The translations under genes were made by a program, and so were the position numbers. DNA of 62,274 nucleotides from Stx2-converting phage Stx2a_F723. The notes below the pieces were generated by a model. The model saw only the letters and a list, made by a program, of their open reading frames with translations, was not told the DNA's origin and ran no database searches. Position 1 is the stretch's first letter; the number at the start of each line of letters is the position of its first letter. This document shows, one piece after another, positions 48,633 through 59,700 of the stretch. The DNA is taken from the sequence record AP012533; one strand, written 5' to 3'.

Positions 48633-49250
48633 ATGTATGGTTTGAGCATTATGAAGCCGGATGGCAGCGTATGGATAAGTCCAGGTTTTACGCCGCAGTG
48701 TCTGATCAACAAAGGCACCATACCGGCGACTGAAAAGTCTTTTTTTAAAACATCAATCCCGTCAGGCAAAAGTTGTTTTTTCTTTATCAGAACAGAGAAG
48801 AAGGCCGATGTCATGTACACGCATGAACAGATTGATGGATATCATGCACTAAGGCTTCATGTAATTGTCAGGGGAACGAACCCTGGTGTTACGACGGTTT
48901 ATGCTTTCGCGAATATGGTTACTCCACCTTCTGAGTATGGTATCGCCATGTATAACCCGGACGGTGAGATGATTTATCATGGCGAAATGATGCTGCTTGA
49001 CGCGAAGTTAATACCTGTTGATATCAAATTTGAAAAGGACCTTGGATATCCATGCGCAATCATGCCTGCACTGGTCGGGTATTATAACTGGAAAAGAACT
49101 CCTTATGATCGACCGATTTATACCACATCCACTGGTGCTACAGGAAATAAAATATATTCCTGTGAGCATTATTCCGGCGGTGCAACATGGGATATTCGAA
49201 AGCCGTATATAGATAAGGTCTTGGTTATTAATACATCAGTATATGATTAG
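48633..49250 (+). CDS. Hypothetical protein with internal repeat
   Basis: 205-aa ORF with two copies of a YG(L/I)(S/A)(I/M)(M/Y)(K/N)PDG motif. Confidence 0.5.
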   Translation: MYGLSIMKPDGSVWISPGFTPQCLINKGTIPATEKSFFKTSIPSGKSCFFFIRTEKKADVMYTHEQIDGYHALRLHVIVRGTNPGVTTVYAFANMVTPPSEYGIAMYNPDGEMIYHGEMMLLDAKLIPVDIKFEKDLGYPCAIMPALVGYYNWKRTPYDRPIYTTSTGATGNKIYSCEHYSGGATWDIRKPYIDKVLVINTSVYD

Positions 49251-49340
49251 TTGAAGCGAGTCTTTAATATTCATTTAAAATGTCTAAAAAGATGTATTAT
49301 TAAAAAGTTTAGCGTGTTATCTGAATACAGGATATCTTAA

Positions 49341-50075
49341 ATGAAGAGTATAGCAACACTGGTTGTGTGTGCAATCTCCGGGATTGCCTGTGTAAATTTA
49401 TCTGCACATGCAGCAGAAGGAAACCATACAATTTCTCTGGGGTATGCGCACTTTCAGTTTCCGGGACTGAAGGATTTTGTAAAGGATGCGACTGCTCATA
49501 ACAGGGAGACTTTCAGTCATTTCGTCAACAGAAACTACTTTTCTTCATTGGGCGAATATACAGATGGTCGGGTCAGTGGATATGAAGGCAAGGATAAAAA
49601 TCCACAGGGCATTAATATCAGGTATCGCTACGAGATAACGGATGATTTTGGCGTTATCACCTCTTTTACATGGACGCGTTCTCTCACTAACTCACAGACA
49701 TTTATTGATGTGCAGTCAGCCGATCATACCAGGAAGATTAAGAATCCGGCAGCTTCTGCCAGAACGGATATCAGGGCGAATTACTGGAGTCTGTTAGCGG
49801 GGCCTTCATGGCGGGTTAATCAGTACATGAGCTTATATGCGATGGCAGGGATGGGCGTTGCTAAAGTTAGCGCTGACCTGAAAATTAAGGACAATATTAA
49901 CAGTAGTGGCGGATTTTCTGAAAGCAACAGCACGAAAAAAAACTCCCTTGCGTGGGCTGCAGGTGCACAGTTTAACCTGAATGAGAGTGTTACACTGGAT
50001 GTGGCTTACGAAGGTTCCGGCTCTGGCGACTGGCGCACGAGTGGAATTACTGCTGGCATTGGCCTGAAATTCTAA
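49341..50075 (+). CDS. lom: Outer-membrane protein Lom (Ail/Lom/OmpX family)
   Basis: 244-aa ORF with signal peptide and C-terminal beta-barrel ending ...GIGLKF; AT-rich promoter region upstream. Confidence 0.85.
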   Translation: MKSIATLVVCAISGIACVNLSAHAAEGNHTISLGYAHFQFPGLKDFVKDATAHNRETFSHFVNRNYFSSLGEYTDGRVSGYEGKDKNPQGINIRYRYEITDDFGVITSFTWTRSLTNSQTFIDVQSADHTRKIKNPAASARTDIRANYWSLLAGPSWRVNQYMSLYAMAGMGVAKVSADLKIKDNINSSGGFSESNSTKKNSLAWAAGAQFNLNESVTLDVAYEGSGSGDWRTSGITAGIGLKF

Positions 50076-50098
50076 CCTGTATCCGGTAACCGTTTACT

Positions 50099-50122
50099 AC
50101 CCGCTGTGATGGCGGGTTTTTT
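50099..50122 (+). terminator. Rho-independent terminator downstream of lom
   Basis: ACCCGC-loop-GCGGGT hairpin followed by TTTTTT. Confidence 0.65.
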
Positions 50123-50305
50123 ATTGCCCGTACAGGGCAAAAACCGTAAATTATGCGTGGGTGCCTTTCGGCTGATGGCTGGAGGGTGAACCTGAAGGCC
50201 TGATGTGGAAAGGCCCCGAGTCAACTTAACGTTAACCCGAGGCCCTAACACTTCGTACCTTGACAAGTAGAAGGTTAGCGCCTCTCCACTCAGGAGGCAA
50301 GCGCT

Positions 50306-50446
50306 ATGTCGCAAAAATCGCTTATCACCGTCACAATTTGTATGACGGTTATCTTCACCATCTGGATGTTACACGGCTCGTTGTGTGAGTTCCGGCTGAA
50401 TTTGTGGGGAGCGGAGTTTGCGGCGTTCTTACAGTGTAAGCAGTAG
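50306..50446 (+). CDS. Hok/Gef-family type I toxin (46 aa), unannotated in ORF track
   Basis: Hand-translated MSQKSLITVTICMTVIFTIWMLHGSLCEFRLNLWGAEFAAFLQCKQ; AGGAGG SD 8 nt upstream; single TM helix then SLCE...AAFL.CK pattern as in HokA/Gef. Confidence 0.6.
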   Translation: MSQKSLITVTICMTVIFTIWMLHGSLCEFRLNLWGAEFAAFLQCKQ

Positions 50447-50526
50447 GAAAACCGCGGCGGGGACGAAAGTCCCCGTCAACTGGTTGCTGAGGTTCAGCCG
50501 ATATGGCACCCGTTTCAGGTGAGAGA

Positions 50527-50904
50527 ATGAACGATAAAATTCTCCGGTATATGCAGCGTGTGGTGAGAAATTCCCGCAACCCTGAATTTATGAATGAAGT
50601 TAAAGACGCCTGCCTTAAAAAGCAGGCGTTTTGTTTTGAGGCACCTGATGGCTTTCTGGTGCTGCGTTCTGTGCTCAGTGCTGATGGTATCCCTTATGTT
50701 CTGGTGTTGCTGGGCGTGTGTACGGGGAGTAACAGTGTTGAGCGTTATCTGCCGGAGGTGAAGACATTAACCCGTCTGGCTGGCGGACGTTGGGCTGAAT
50801 TTCATACGGCAAGGCGGGGATTTATCCGGCTGGGAAAACGTCTGGGCTTTGAGCGAATGCCGGATGATGAGGATGGCTTCATGGTGTTCAGGATAGCGGT
50901 CTGA
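50527..50904 (+). CDS. Hypothetical protein
   Basis: ATG at 50527 (MNDKILRYMQRVVRNSRNPEF...) with AGGTGAG SD; track ORF starts at 50503. Confidence 0.5.
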   Translation: MNDKILRYMQRVVRNSRNPEFMNEVKDACLKKQAFCFEAPDGFLVLRSVLSADGIPYVLVLLGVCTGSNSVERYLPEVKTLTRLAGGRWAEFHTARRGFIRLGKRLGFERMPDDEDGFMVFRIAV

Positions 50905-50956
50905 CTGCCACAGTTTTCATCATCGTGTTTAAACCAACATTGCAATTCACATTCTG

Positions 50957-50980
50957 ACCCTGCTCCGGCAGGGTTTTTTT
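50957..50980 (+). terminator. Rho-independent terminator
   Basis: ACCCTGC-TCCG-GCAGGGT hairpin followed by seven T. Confidence 0.65.
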
Positions 50981-50998
50981 ATTATCCAGGGGGCCATT

Positions 50999-51655
50999 AT
51001 GGGTGGAAGTAAAGGTGGTGGTGATACCAAAGTAAAACCAACAGCAGCGCAAATAGCACAGGAAGAAGTGGCCTGGAAAGGGTGGCAGGATTACAAAAAT
51101 ATCCTCCGCCCGGCTGAAGATAACTTCATGGAAAAGGTCGATGACCTGAACAGTGAGCAGCAGTACGACAATATTGCTGGCACCACAAATCTGGGGTATC
51201 AGAAACAGTTTGGCGAAGCACGGAAGGAGCTGGCGGGTAATCTTGCTCAGTCCGGTGTTGACCCGTCCAGTGGTCGCTTTAACGCGGTAATGAATGCGAA
51301 CCAGAGTGATCAGGTAACCGGGCAGATTGACACAACCACACGGGGGCAGGTATCGCAGGCAGATAAGTATGTTGCCGGGCTACAGGATGTTGCAGCTCTC
51401 GGTTCAGGTCAGAAGGCGGATGCGTTACAGAGTTTTAACTCGCTGGCAGACAGCAGTCTGGCAAAAGCTAAATCGGACGCACAGGCTGCGTTTACGAAAC
51501 AGCAGGGGCGAGCCTCTCTTGTTGGCGCTGGTTTGGGTGCGGTAGGTGCATATGCGATGCATAAGGCTGGTGGTAGCGGAGGAAGTGGCGGTGCTAAAAC
51601 ACCTGGCACCGGCGCTAATGCCATTCAGTATCAGGCTCAGAACTGGAGACTGTGA
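50999..51655 (+). CDS. Hypothetical virion protein
   Basis: 218-aa ORF, Gly/Ala/Gln-rich, first of a block of coupled genes leading to the giant ORF. Confidence 0.55.
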   Translation: MGGSKGGGDTKVKPTAAQIAQEEVAWKGWQDYKNILRPAEDNFMEKVDDLNSEQQYDNIAGTTNLGYQKQFGEARKELAGNLAQSGVDPSSGRFNAVMNANQSDQVTGQIDTTTRGQVSQADKYVAGLQDVAALGSGQKADALQSFNSLADSSLAKAKSDAQAAFTKQQGRASLVGAGLGAVGAYAMHKAGGSGGSGGAKTPGTGANAIQYQAQNWRL

Positions 51656-52104
51656 TTATGGAGTACGGTAAATACGAAACACTTGCGAGATACGGTTATA
51701 CCGGAGCAGCCCGCCCTCAGGGGGACTGGCAGACATCCGCAGCGCTGACCCGCCAGCAATACGACGACTGGCGCACCAGATATTTACCCCGTGTAGCAAG
51801 GCTGGCTGACCTTGGCGAGAACAACAGCCTGATGAATGCACAGCTTGCCCGGGTGGGCGGCCTTGCCACTTCCAGTCTCCGTACAGCGCAGATGGCGCAG
51901 GATAACCAGATGGCGAGATACGGGGTAAGCCGCCCGGATAATCCCGACAGTAATACGCTGGGGTTACGTAATGCCCTGGCAATTGCTGGCGCGAAAAATG
52001 GTATCCGTGAAGCCGAACAGGATCGCCAGATGAATATTCTGACGGGGGCTTCTGCACCGGCAAGACAGAAACTGAGTGTTGGCGGACAACTGGTGGCAGC
52101 GTAA
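51652..52104 (+). CDS. Hypothetical virion protein
   Basis: 150-aa ORF with overlapping start/stop to neighbours. Confidence 0.55.
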   Translation: MIMEYGKYETLARYGYTGAARPQGDWQTSAALTRQQYDDWRTRYLPRVARLADLGENNSLMNAQLARVGGLATSSLRTAQMAQDNQMARYGVSRPDNPDSNTLGLRNALAIAGAKNGIREAEQDRQMNILTGASAPARQKLSVGGQLVAA

Positions 52105-52113
52105 GGAGGAAAT

Positions 52114-52407
52114 ATGGGATACGGTTTACTGGATATTGCAAATCAGTCGCGGCGTGAGGCATTACAGGGAATAAGCGAGGCAGACAGACGACGTGAAGAA
52201 ATTGAGGCGTCAAACAAGATGATGGCGGCGCAGCAGAAAGCTCAGAAAAAACAGAATATCGCCACGGGCATTGGTACGGGGGCTGCTGTGGGTGCATCTG
52301 TGGCAGGCTCCAGCGCTGCAATGGGGGCCACGCTCGGAGCATGGGCTGGTCCCGTCGGGATAGCTGCTGGTGCTGTGATTGGCGGCATTGCAGGCGCTTT
52401 GTTTTAA
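52114..52407 (+). CDS. Hypothetical membrane protein with glycine-zipper C-terminus
   Basis: 97-aa ORF ending ...GTGAAVGASVAGSSAAMGATLGAWAGPVGIAAGAVIGGIAGALF. Confidence 0.55.
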   Translation: MGYGLLDIANQSRREALQGISEADRRREEIEASNKMMAAQQKAQKKQNIATGIGTGAAVGASVAGSSAAMGATLGAWAGPVGIAAGAVIGGIAGALF

Positions 52408-52417
52408 GGAGTGGTGA

Positions 52418-53683
52418 ATGAGCGGATTTGCACAGGGGTTACTTGCCGGATTCAGCACCGTTGACCAGGCAATGACCCGTCGTAAGGAGCTTGGTTTGCG
52501 AGAAGCACAGCTTGCTCAGCAACAGAAAAATAACGAGCGCGATTTTGAATTTGCGCAGTCGCAGTTTGAGCACCGAAAAGAGAATGATCAGCGTACATAT
52601 GATCTTAATGTCAGGAATGCTGACCGTGAATATGCGCTGAAAGAGAGGGAACACAAAGCAGCGCAGAATTATCGAAATGCGTCACTTGGGCTATCTCAGC
52701 AGAGACTGCAACTGGAAAAATACAACCAGCGACGGCTTGAGTATAACGATATGATTGCCCATAGCCAGCCACTAATGGAAGCGCTTGGAAAAGCAATTGA
52801 GGCTGGCGATCAGGAGGCTGCAACGCGTCTGTTCGGGCAGCTGCCAAAGGGACATCCATTAATTCTTATGTCAAACGAAGGCTATGCAGCGAAAGCGGGT
52901 CAGGCCGTGATCAACCTGCAAAAAATCTTTGGTGATAAGCCGGACATGGCGATCGATTCGCTGAATACCCCGGAAAATCTCGATGTGCTTTCCGGCGTGT
53001 TTGCCCCGGAACTACAACAGCGTATTGGCATGCCTGATTCAACCGGGGAAAAAACGATAAAAGAGGCCAGGATTGGCAGTATCGTACCGGCGCAGCAGGA
53101 AGGGTACGTACTTATTGGCCTTGATCTCACATACAGCGATGGCTCCACCGCGCATAAACCTGTAACAGAATACGGCAGTGCGCACCCTGATGATCAAACC
53201 GTGCTGGCGATACCCGTTGATAAGGCTATCGCTCAGGTCAGGGATCGCAGCAAATTTGCAGAGATATCGAAAAATTATGGTTATTTTATGCCGAAGCAGC
53301 AGGGACTTTCTCTGAAAGAGCTTCAGAAGGGGGCCAGCAACGTAGCGGCGGACGCGATCAAGAATGGCGGTAATGCACAGGCTGCGGTGGATGAATATTA
53401 TGCTGCGACTGGTTCACAACCGCATCAACAGAAAATTCAGCAACAAAAACTTCAGCAACAGGTTATCAACTGGGCGGGAGATGATCCTGATAAGCTGTCA
53501 TTTGCCAGAAATGTAGCGGCCCGTCAGCCTGAAATGCTGGAGCCTCAGAATCAGAAATTGCTGGAGAACGGGTATGCGAATTTTCTCCGTATTCAAAAGG
53601 CTAGGGGGGAACAGGCCAGAGATGAAAGTGCTTCATCTGCATCTCAGTTTATCCGTGGACTGAAACAGAATTACGCCCAGTAA
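52418..53683 (+). CDS. Hypothetical virion protein
   Basis: 421-aa ORF, Gln-rich, followed by a terminator. Confidence 0.55.
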   Translation: MSGFAQGLLAGFSTVDQAMTRRKELGLREAQLAQQQKNNERDFEFAQSQFEHRKENDQRTYDLNVRNADREYALKEREHKAAQNYRNASLGLSQQRLQLEKYNQRRLEYNDMIAHSQPLMEALGKAIEAGDQEAATRLFGQLPKGHPLILMSNEGYAAKAGQAVINLQKIFGDKPDMAIDSLNTPENLDVLSGVFAPELQQRIGMPDSTGEKTIKEARIGSIVPAQQEGYVLIGLDLTYSDGSTAHKPVTEYGSAHPDDQTVLAIPVDKAIAQVRDRSKFAEISKNYGYFMPKQQGLSLKELQKGASNVAADAIKNGGNAQAAVDEYYAATGSQPHQQKIQQQKLQQQVINWAGDDPDKLSFARNVAARQPEMLEPQNQKLLENGYANFLRIQKARGEQARDESASSASQFIRGLKQNYAQ

Positions 53684-53717
53684 TTCACGATATTCCATTA
53701 ATACCATTTCCTGATGC

Positions 53718-53740
53718 CCGGCCATTGTGCCGGTTTTTTT
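53718..53740 (+). terminator. Rho-independent terminator upstream of giant ORF
   Basis: CCGGC-loop-GCCGG hairpin followed by seven T. Confidence 0.6.
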
Positions 53741-53751
53741 ATGGAGTCTGT

Positions 53752-56700
53752 ATGGCCTATTCAGAGGAACAGCGTCCTGAGGCGCAACTCGGTAACCAGA
53801 ATCGTAACAGCCTGAACATTCAGCAACCCGGCGAAACTGACAGCTATGAAGCATTTTTCTCTGATCCGAATCGCTGGAAGGATAACAGTACGTCGTTCAG
53901 CCTGGGCGATGTATTGCCAACAATGGGTAAAGGTTTCGCCCAGTCCGTCCGGGGAACAGGGGAAATGGCCCGTGGACTCGGTGATGCGATGATTCAGAGC
54001 CCGGTAAAAACAGGGGCGCGTATTTTAAATGAGTTCAGCCGTATGGGGCTGCCGGGTGTCGCAACTGTGCAGGATATTTTTGCCGGTGGCAGCAGGGGGG
54101 CTGATGAGGTCATCGATACCCTGCCTGATGGCAAAAACGCGGTTACTGATACTGTCGGTAAAGGTCTGAAGGCAACCGGTAAGGCTGTCAGTGATGGTGC
54201 TAAAGCCACTGATGAATGGCTGACCGGTAAGATGTCGCCGGGTGCAGTTCGTGCGCTGAATACGCCGATGACCGAAGGCTATGATGATTCTGCGGTCTGG
54301 GTGGCGAAGGGTGTAAACCTGATTGGTGCGCTTGTACCTGATATGGTTGCTGGCGGTGTGGCTAAAAAGGTGGGTGATGTCACACTGCGAAAAATGCTGA
54401 CCGCCGGGCTGGAGAAAAAATACATCGCGGCAGGGATGCAGCCGGAAAGAGCCACGGCACTGGCAGCAGAAGCTGTCGATAAAAAAATGCCGGATTTATT
54501 CCAGGCGGGCCTGATCACCCATTCCACAGCCAGTGCACAGGGGCAGAGTGCAATGGCGGCAGCAGATGCTGTTCTTAATGCGGATTACTCTGAGCTGGCG
54601 CAGTCACCGAAATTTCAGCAGACGTTTTTGTCCATTGACGCCGACCCGCAGCACGCACAGCTTACTGATCGCCAGAAAATGGATCTGGCAAAAGAGCGTG
54701 TTGCCGATGAGGTGCGCGCGCAGCTGGCAACCGATCCTGAATTGCTGGCTGTGAATGCCATGGCGGCAAAACTGGGTGACGCACAACTGTTTAATCTGGT
54801 GACACGAGGCACAGCGAAGACCGTTAAAAGCGGCATTGTCAGAAATGCCACGGAACAGGGGGCGATTAATGCGGCGCAGGGCGGCTATTCACGCTATCAG
54901 GAAAACACGGCATTGCGTGAGACCGCCGGAATGGATGTGTCACCGTGGGAGGGCGTGGCTGACGCAACGATCGAAGGTGCAGCCTTTGGTGCTGCGATGG
55001 GGGCTCCATCCGGTGCGGTTGCCGGATATCGTGGCAGACGTCAGGCCGCAGAAGAAGCAGCCATGCGTGATGCTGAAACCGTGCAGCAGGACGACGCAGC
55101 CCCGCAACCAGAATCTGTTGATCCGGTGGCGCAGCATCGTGAATCCATGCAGGGGATGAATCGCGAGCAGCTTCTGGAGCAGTATGCTGATGCGGATATG
55201 GCAACAGAGGGTGACGCATCCGCAGCTCATCGCCGGGAAGCTGCCAGCCAGCTGTTGAATGAACTGGATGAACAGGCGAAGCGACAGGCGGTGATGGATG
55301 AGCTGAAGGCGAAGCCGCGTCCTGAACTGCTTGAGGAATACCGCAGACTCAGCCTGAAGGAAGGGCGTACTGAGACTGAAGAGCAGCAGTTACAGGCTAT
55401 CCGTGATGTGCTTCGCCCTCAGCAGGAGGCCAGACCGGAGGCACAGCCAGAAAATACAGATGATGGCGACGGGAGTATTTATCCGACGGTGCGGTTCCGC
55501 GATCCGGATGAAGTGCGTATTGAAATTAACGGGAGTGGCGCGTCCAGACCAGCGGAACGCATTGAAAAGGTGCGTCCGGACAACCGTTATTTCACGGATG
55601 AGAAAAGCGCTATGGGTAGCGATGTTTTTCGCAATGCCAGCGCCACCGGCCTGAAACCGTCCGTAGTGAAGAAAGGTGAGAATCAGTATGCCGTTGAAAT
55701 GGATAATCCTGCGTTCTCTGAAGATGTGGCAACGGAAACCATTAACACCCTGGCTGACGGAGAGCGTATTACTGATGCTGATCCGATGGAGCAGCCAGCG
55801 TTCATGCGTGACCCGCGATTCCGGGGTTTTACGGGAGATGATACAGAAGTGCAGGCCCGCCTTGCCCGTGGCAACGTGCCGACGGCGGAAGAGCTGGTGC
55901 GTTCACAGATGGCTGAAGGTGATGCCGGTCCGACAGCTCAGGAGTTAACTGAGCGTCCGCGTCTGCCCGCCCCCGGCGATATTCATCCCGGACAGGGATA
56001 TCCGTTACCGGGAGAAGTGGCGCGTACGCCGGATGAAAATCAGGCCGGACGTGGTGGTCGTTTTACCATAACCGGTGAGGTTAAGGGCCAGAGTTTCCAG
56101 AAAGGACGTGCTCCGGCACCGGAAAACGCCGCTGGTCGCCAGGGGGAAACACTCGAGGGTGAAACGGTTCGTCGGGGTCTGCCGTCACCGGATGCGCAGA
56201 ACGCGACAGCACCGGTACGTGAAGGGCTACCGGCTCCTGACATTGCGCGTAATGTTCGTATGCCTCAGCCTGAATCACTTCCCCGCACTGTACGGGACTC
56301 ACTGCCTGAGCTCGCACAGCAGGCAGAAGTACGTCGGCAGGCCAGAGAAAATCGTGACATCCTGCAGCCTGAGACAATCGCACCTGAATCTGAAACAACA
56401 GTCTCTACTGACAGGGAAGCTACCGTGCGCGGAGGTGAAGTCAGGGGCAAAAAAATTGAAGACTTTGGTGAAGAAATTAAGGGCGCGGCAAAACACCGTT
56501 ATGCACAGCTTGCCGAAACACTGGGTAAAACGCTGGAAGACAGGGATTATGTCACGCAACCGCTGAGCAAACTGTTCCCGAAACCGGACTACGCAAAACT
56601 GGCGAACGAAGGTGCCGATGCTGATACCCTGGCAATGATAGCGCTGTATCGTAGCGATATTCCGGCGAAGACGAAACTCAATGCAGTGAAGTGGGTGGAG

Positions 56701-59700
56701 AGTGTAAAGAGTATCCGCACAAGTGTGGCGGGAATGCTGGAAGGAAAAGTGACTGCCGGACGGCTTGCTGAGTGGATGGAAGGCAGAATGCCCGCCCGTT
56801 ACGCGGACACATGGCAACTGTTACGCACGCTGCCACCCTCGCAGATAGACAAGGCTTCTGCTTATCGGGTGGTATCCGGTGTGTATCAGGCGGCAGGAGG
56901 GAAACGTTACGATCCGCCACGGAAACTTTATTCACTGCGCAATAAGGACAATAAGGGGAGCAATCTCTTTTTCTCGGAAAGCAGGGATGAATTACTGACA
57001 AAGGCAAAAGCCTGGTTTGCAGAGCAGGAGGAAAAATCACAGGCGAAAGGTGATGAAAAAACAGCACTGTCACCGGATGACAAAATCAGCTTTGACGTAT
57101 ACCGGAATACCCGCAGTGGCGATATTTTTATTGCTTACGGCAAAAACAAAATGCGGGTGAGAGGTGGCTTTAAGTCAGCCAGTGATGCGCGTAAGTACAT
57201 TGATTCACATCGTGATGAGCTTGTTCGTCATGTGAAGGAGATGCGTGAGATTTCGCGTGAGGAGCAGCGTAACGCCACCAACCGCGATCGTACCGGGCCA
57301 GAACGCCGCAAGGGTGATGTCTCACCGAAGCAGTTCAGCGATGCGTTTGGTTTTCGTGGTGTGCAGTTTGGTAACTACGTGGAAGGTCCGCGTCGTCAGG
57401 CTGATTTGAACCGGGCTTATGACTCGCTGCATGACCTTGCGGAAGTACTGAATGTACCGACAAAAGCGCTTTCCCTGAACGGTCGTCTTGGCCTGGCATT
57501 TGGTGCCCGTGGTAAGGGTAAGGCGGCAGCACACTATGAGCCGGGTGAGGTGGCAATCAACCTGACAAAAGGTAACGGACCGGGTGCGCTGGCGCACGAA
57601 TGGTTCCATTCACTGGATAATTATTTTGGTCGTTATGATGTTTCCACTGACGGGAAGATTACGTCAGGTGGTGACTTTATGACGGAAGCCAGGCGTGTCA
57701 AGCGCGTATTTAAAGACGGCCGGTTTGTTGACGCTGAATATCCGGTGCGTCAGGAGGTTTACGACGCGTTTAAAGGTGTCATTGAGGCCATTAAAAACAG
57801 TGACATGCCGCGTCGTTCAGCGCTTCTCGATGAGGTGCGCTCAAAACCGTACTGGTCAACGGATGTTGAAATGGCGGCACGTGCCTTTGAACGTTATGTT
57901 CAGGATAAAGCGCGTAAAGCTGGCGTGGAGAATGATTATCTGGTCAATATCCGTAAGGCACCTGAGCACAACACAGATAACACCTACGCTTATCCGACGA
58001 ATGCGGAACTGGATGGCGGTATTCGTGAGGCATTCGATCACCTGTTCCGCACCCTGAAAACCCGTGAGACGGACAAGGGCGTTGCGTTTTATTCCCGTAA
58101 GGGCGTTACCCGCACACCTGAAGGTAATCTCATTTCGGATGTTAACCGTAGTGCGGAAGCCAAAGGCAGCCCGGTCCCGCAGGTTGAAGCGGTTGCCCGT
58201 GGCGTGATGAGCGGCATTAAGGACAGTGACCTGAAGGTCCGTGTGGTGAAGTCACAGAAAGAGGCTGAAGCGCTGGCGGGTGAATTGTTCGATGGTTACG
58301 GCAGGGTGCACGCATTCTATCGTCCGGATAAACGAGAAATTGTCCTGGTGGCGGATAACATCCCTGACGGGCGGACCGTTCGCGAGAAGCTGCGTCACGA
58401 GATCATTCACCATGCCATGGAGCATGTTGTCACACCAGCGGAATATCAGACGATTATCAAAACCGTGCTGAAAACCCGCGACAGTGATAACGTCACCATC
58501 CGTGAAGCCTGGCGTAAGGTTGATGCTTCCTATGGTAAGGAATCACCGGAAGTACAGGCGGGTGAATTTCTGGCACATATGGCGGAGAAACAGCCGAATA
58601 AATTCGTGGCGGCATGGGAGCGTGTTGTTGCCCTGGTCAAAGGGGTACTGCGTCGTACGGGGTTACTGAAGCCGACGGAACTGAACGATATCAGACTTGT
58701 TCGCGAGACCATCCGTACGTTAGGCCAGCGTGTGCGGGAAGGTTACACGCCGCGTGAGGATGGCGCGGGCGCATCGTCTCAGTACTCCCGTAGTGGTAAA
58801 CGTGATCCGTTCAAAGTGCCGGAAGGTGAGGGCGAGCGTTATCGTGATGACCTTGCCAGAATGATGAAATCTCTGCGCACCACAGATTTAACGGTAAACA
58901 TCGGGCGTACGCCGCCGGTATTGCGTCACCTTGGTGCACCGGATTTGCCGCTGGTTATTTCCCGCGATACTGTGCGGAAGGCCACCAATGGTGTGAAACA
59001 TGTGGTGCCGATGGATGTTATCGAGAGACTACCGGAACTGATGCACGATCCGGATGCAATTTACCGCTCAGCGACAGAAAGAAATGCGGTTGTGATGCTG
59101 CTTGATGCCGTGGATAAAAATGGTGATCCGGTGGTGTCAGCGGTACACATGAAGGCTGTCCGGTCGCGTCTGGAAATCAACAAGGTAGCTTCTGTTTACG
59201 GTACAGAAAATGGAAAAAAACTGAAGAGTATGGAAATGACCGGGTTAACGTTGTACCGGAGAGAAAAATTAAGCCGCGATAACCTTCTGCACAGAGGGCT
59301 CCAATTGCCCAAAGGGGAACATTCTTATCGCGGCTCTGCGGATAAAATACTCTATCCTGAAGATATTCGCAAGGGGCCGTATTACTCCCGTACCAGCAGT
59401 CTGACACCGGAAGAGACAATTGCATCGCGTTTTGTGCGCCAGATGCAGGATAAATTCCAGGTGCTGAAAGCTGTTCAGGAGAATATCCGTAAAACTGGCG
59501 GCAAAGTGGACGACAGTAACAACGCTTATATGGCGGAAGAACTCTTCCACGGGAAGGCGGAAAACGACCTGAACGTGATGAAGGAGCGCTACGTTCAGCC
59601 ACTGGCTAAATTACTGGCGGACTACAAAATTGCGCAGGCCGATCTGGATGAGTACCTCTACGCCCGTCACGCGCCGGAACGTAACGCGCATATCGCGAAA

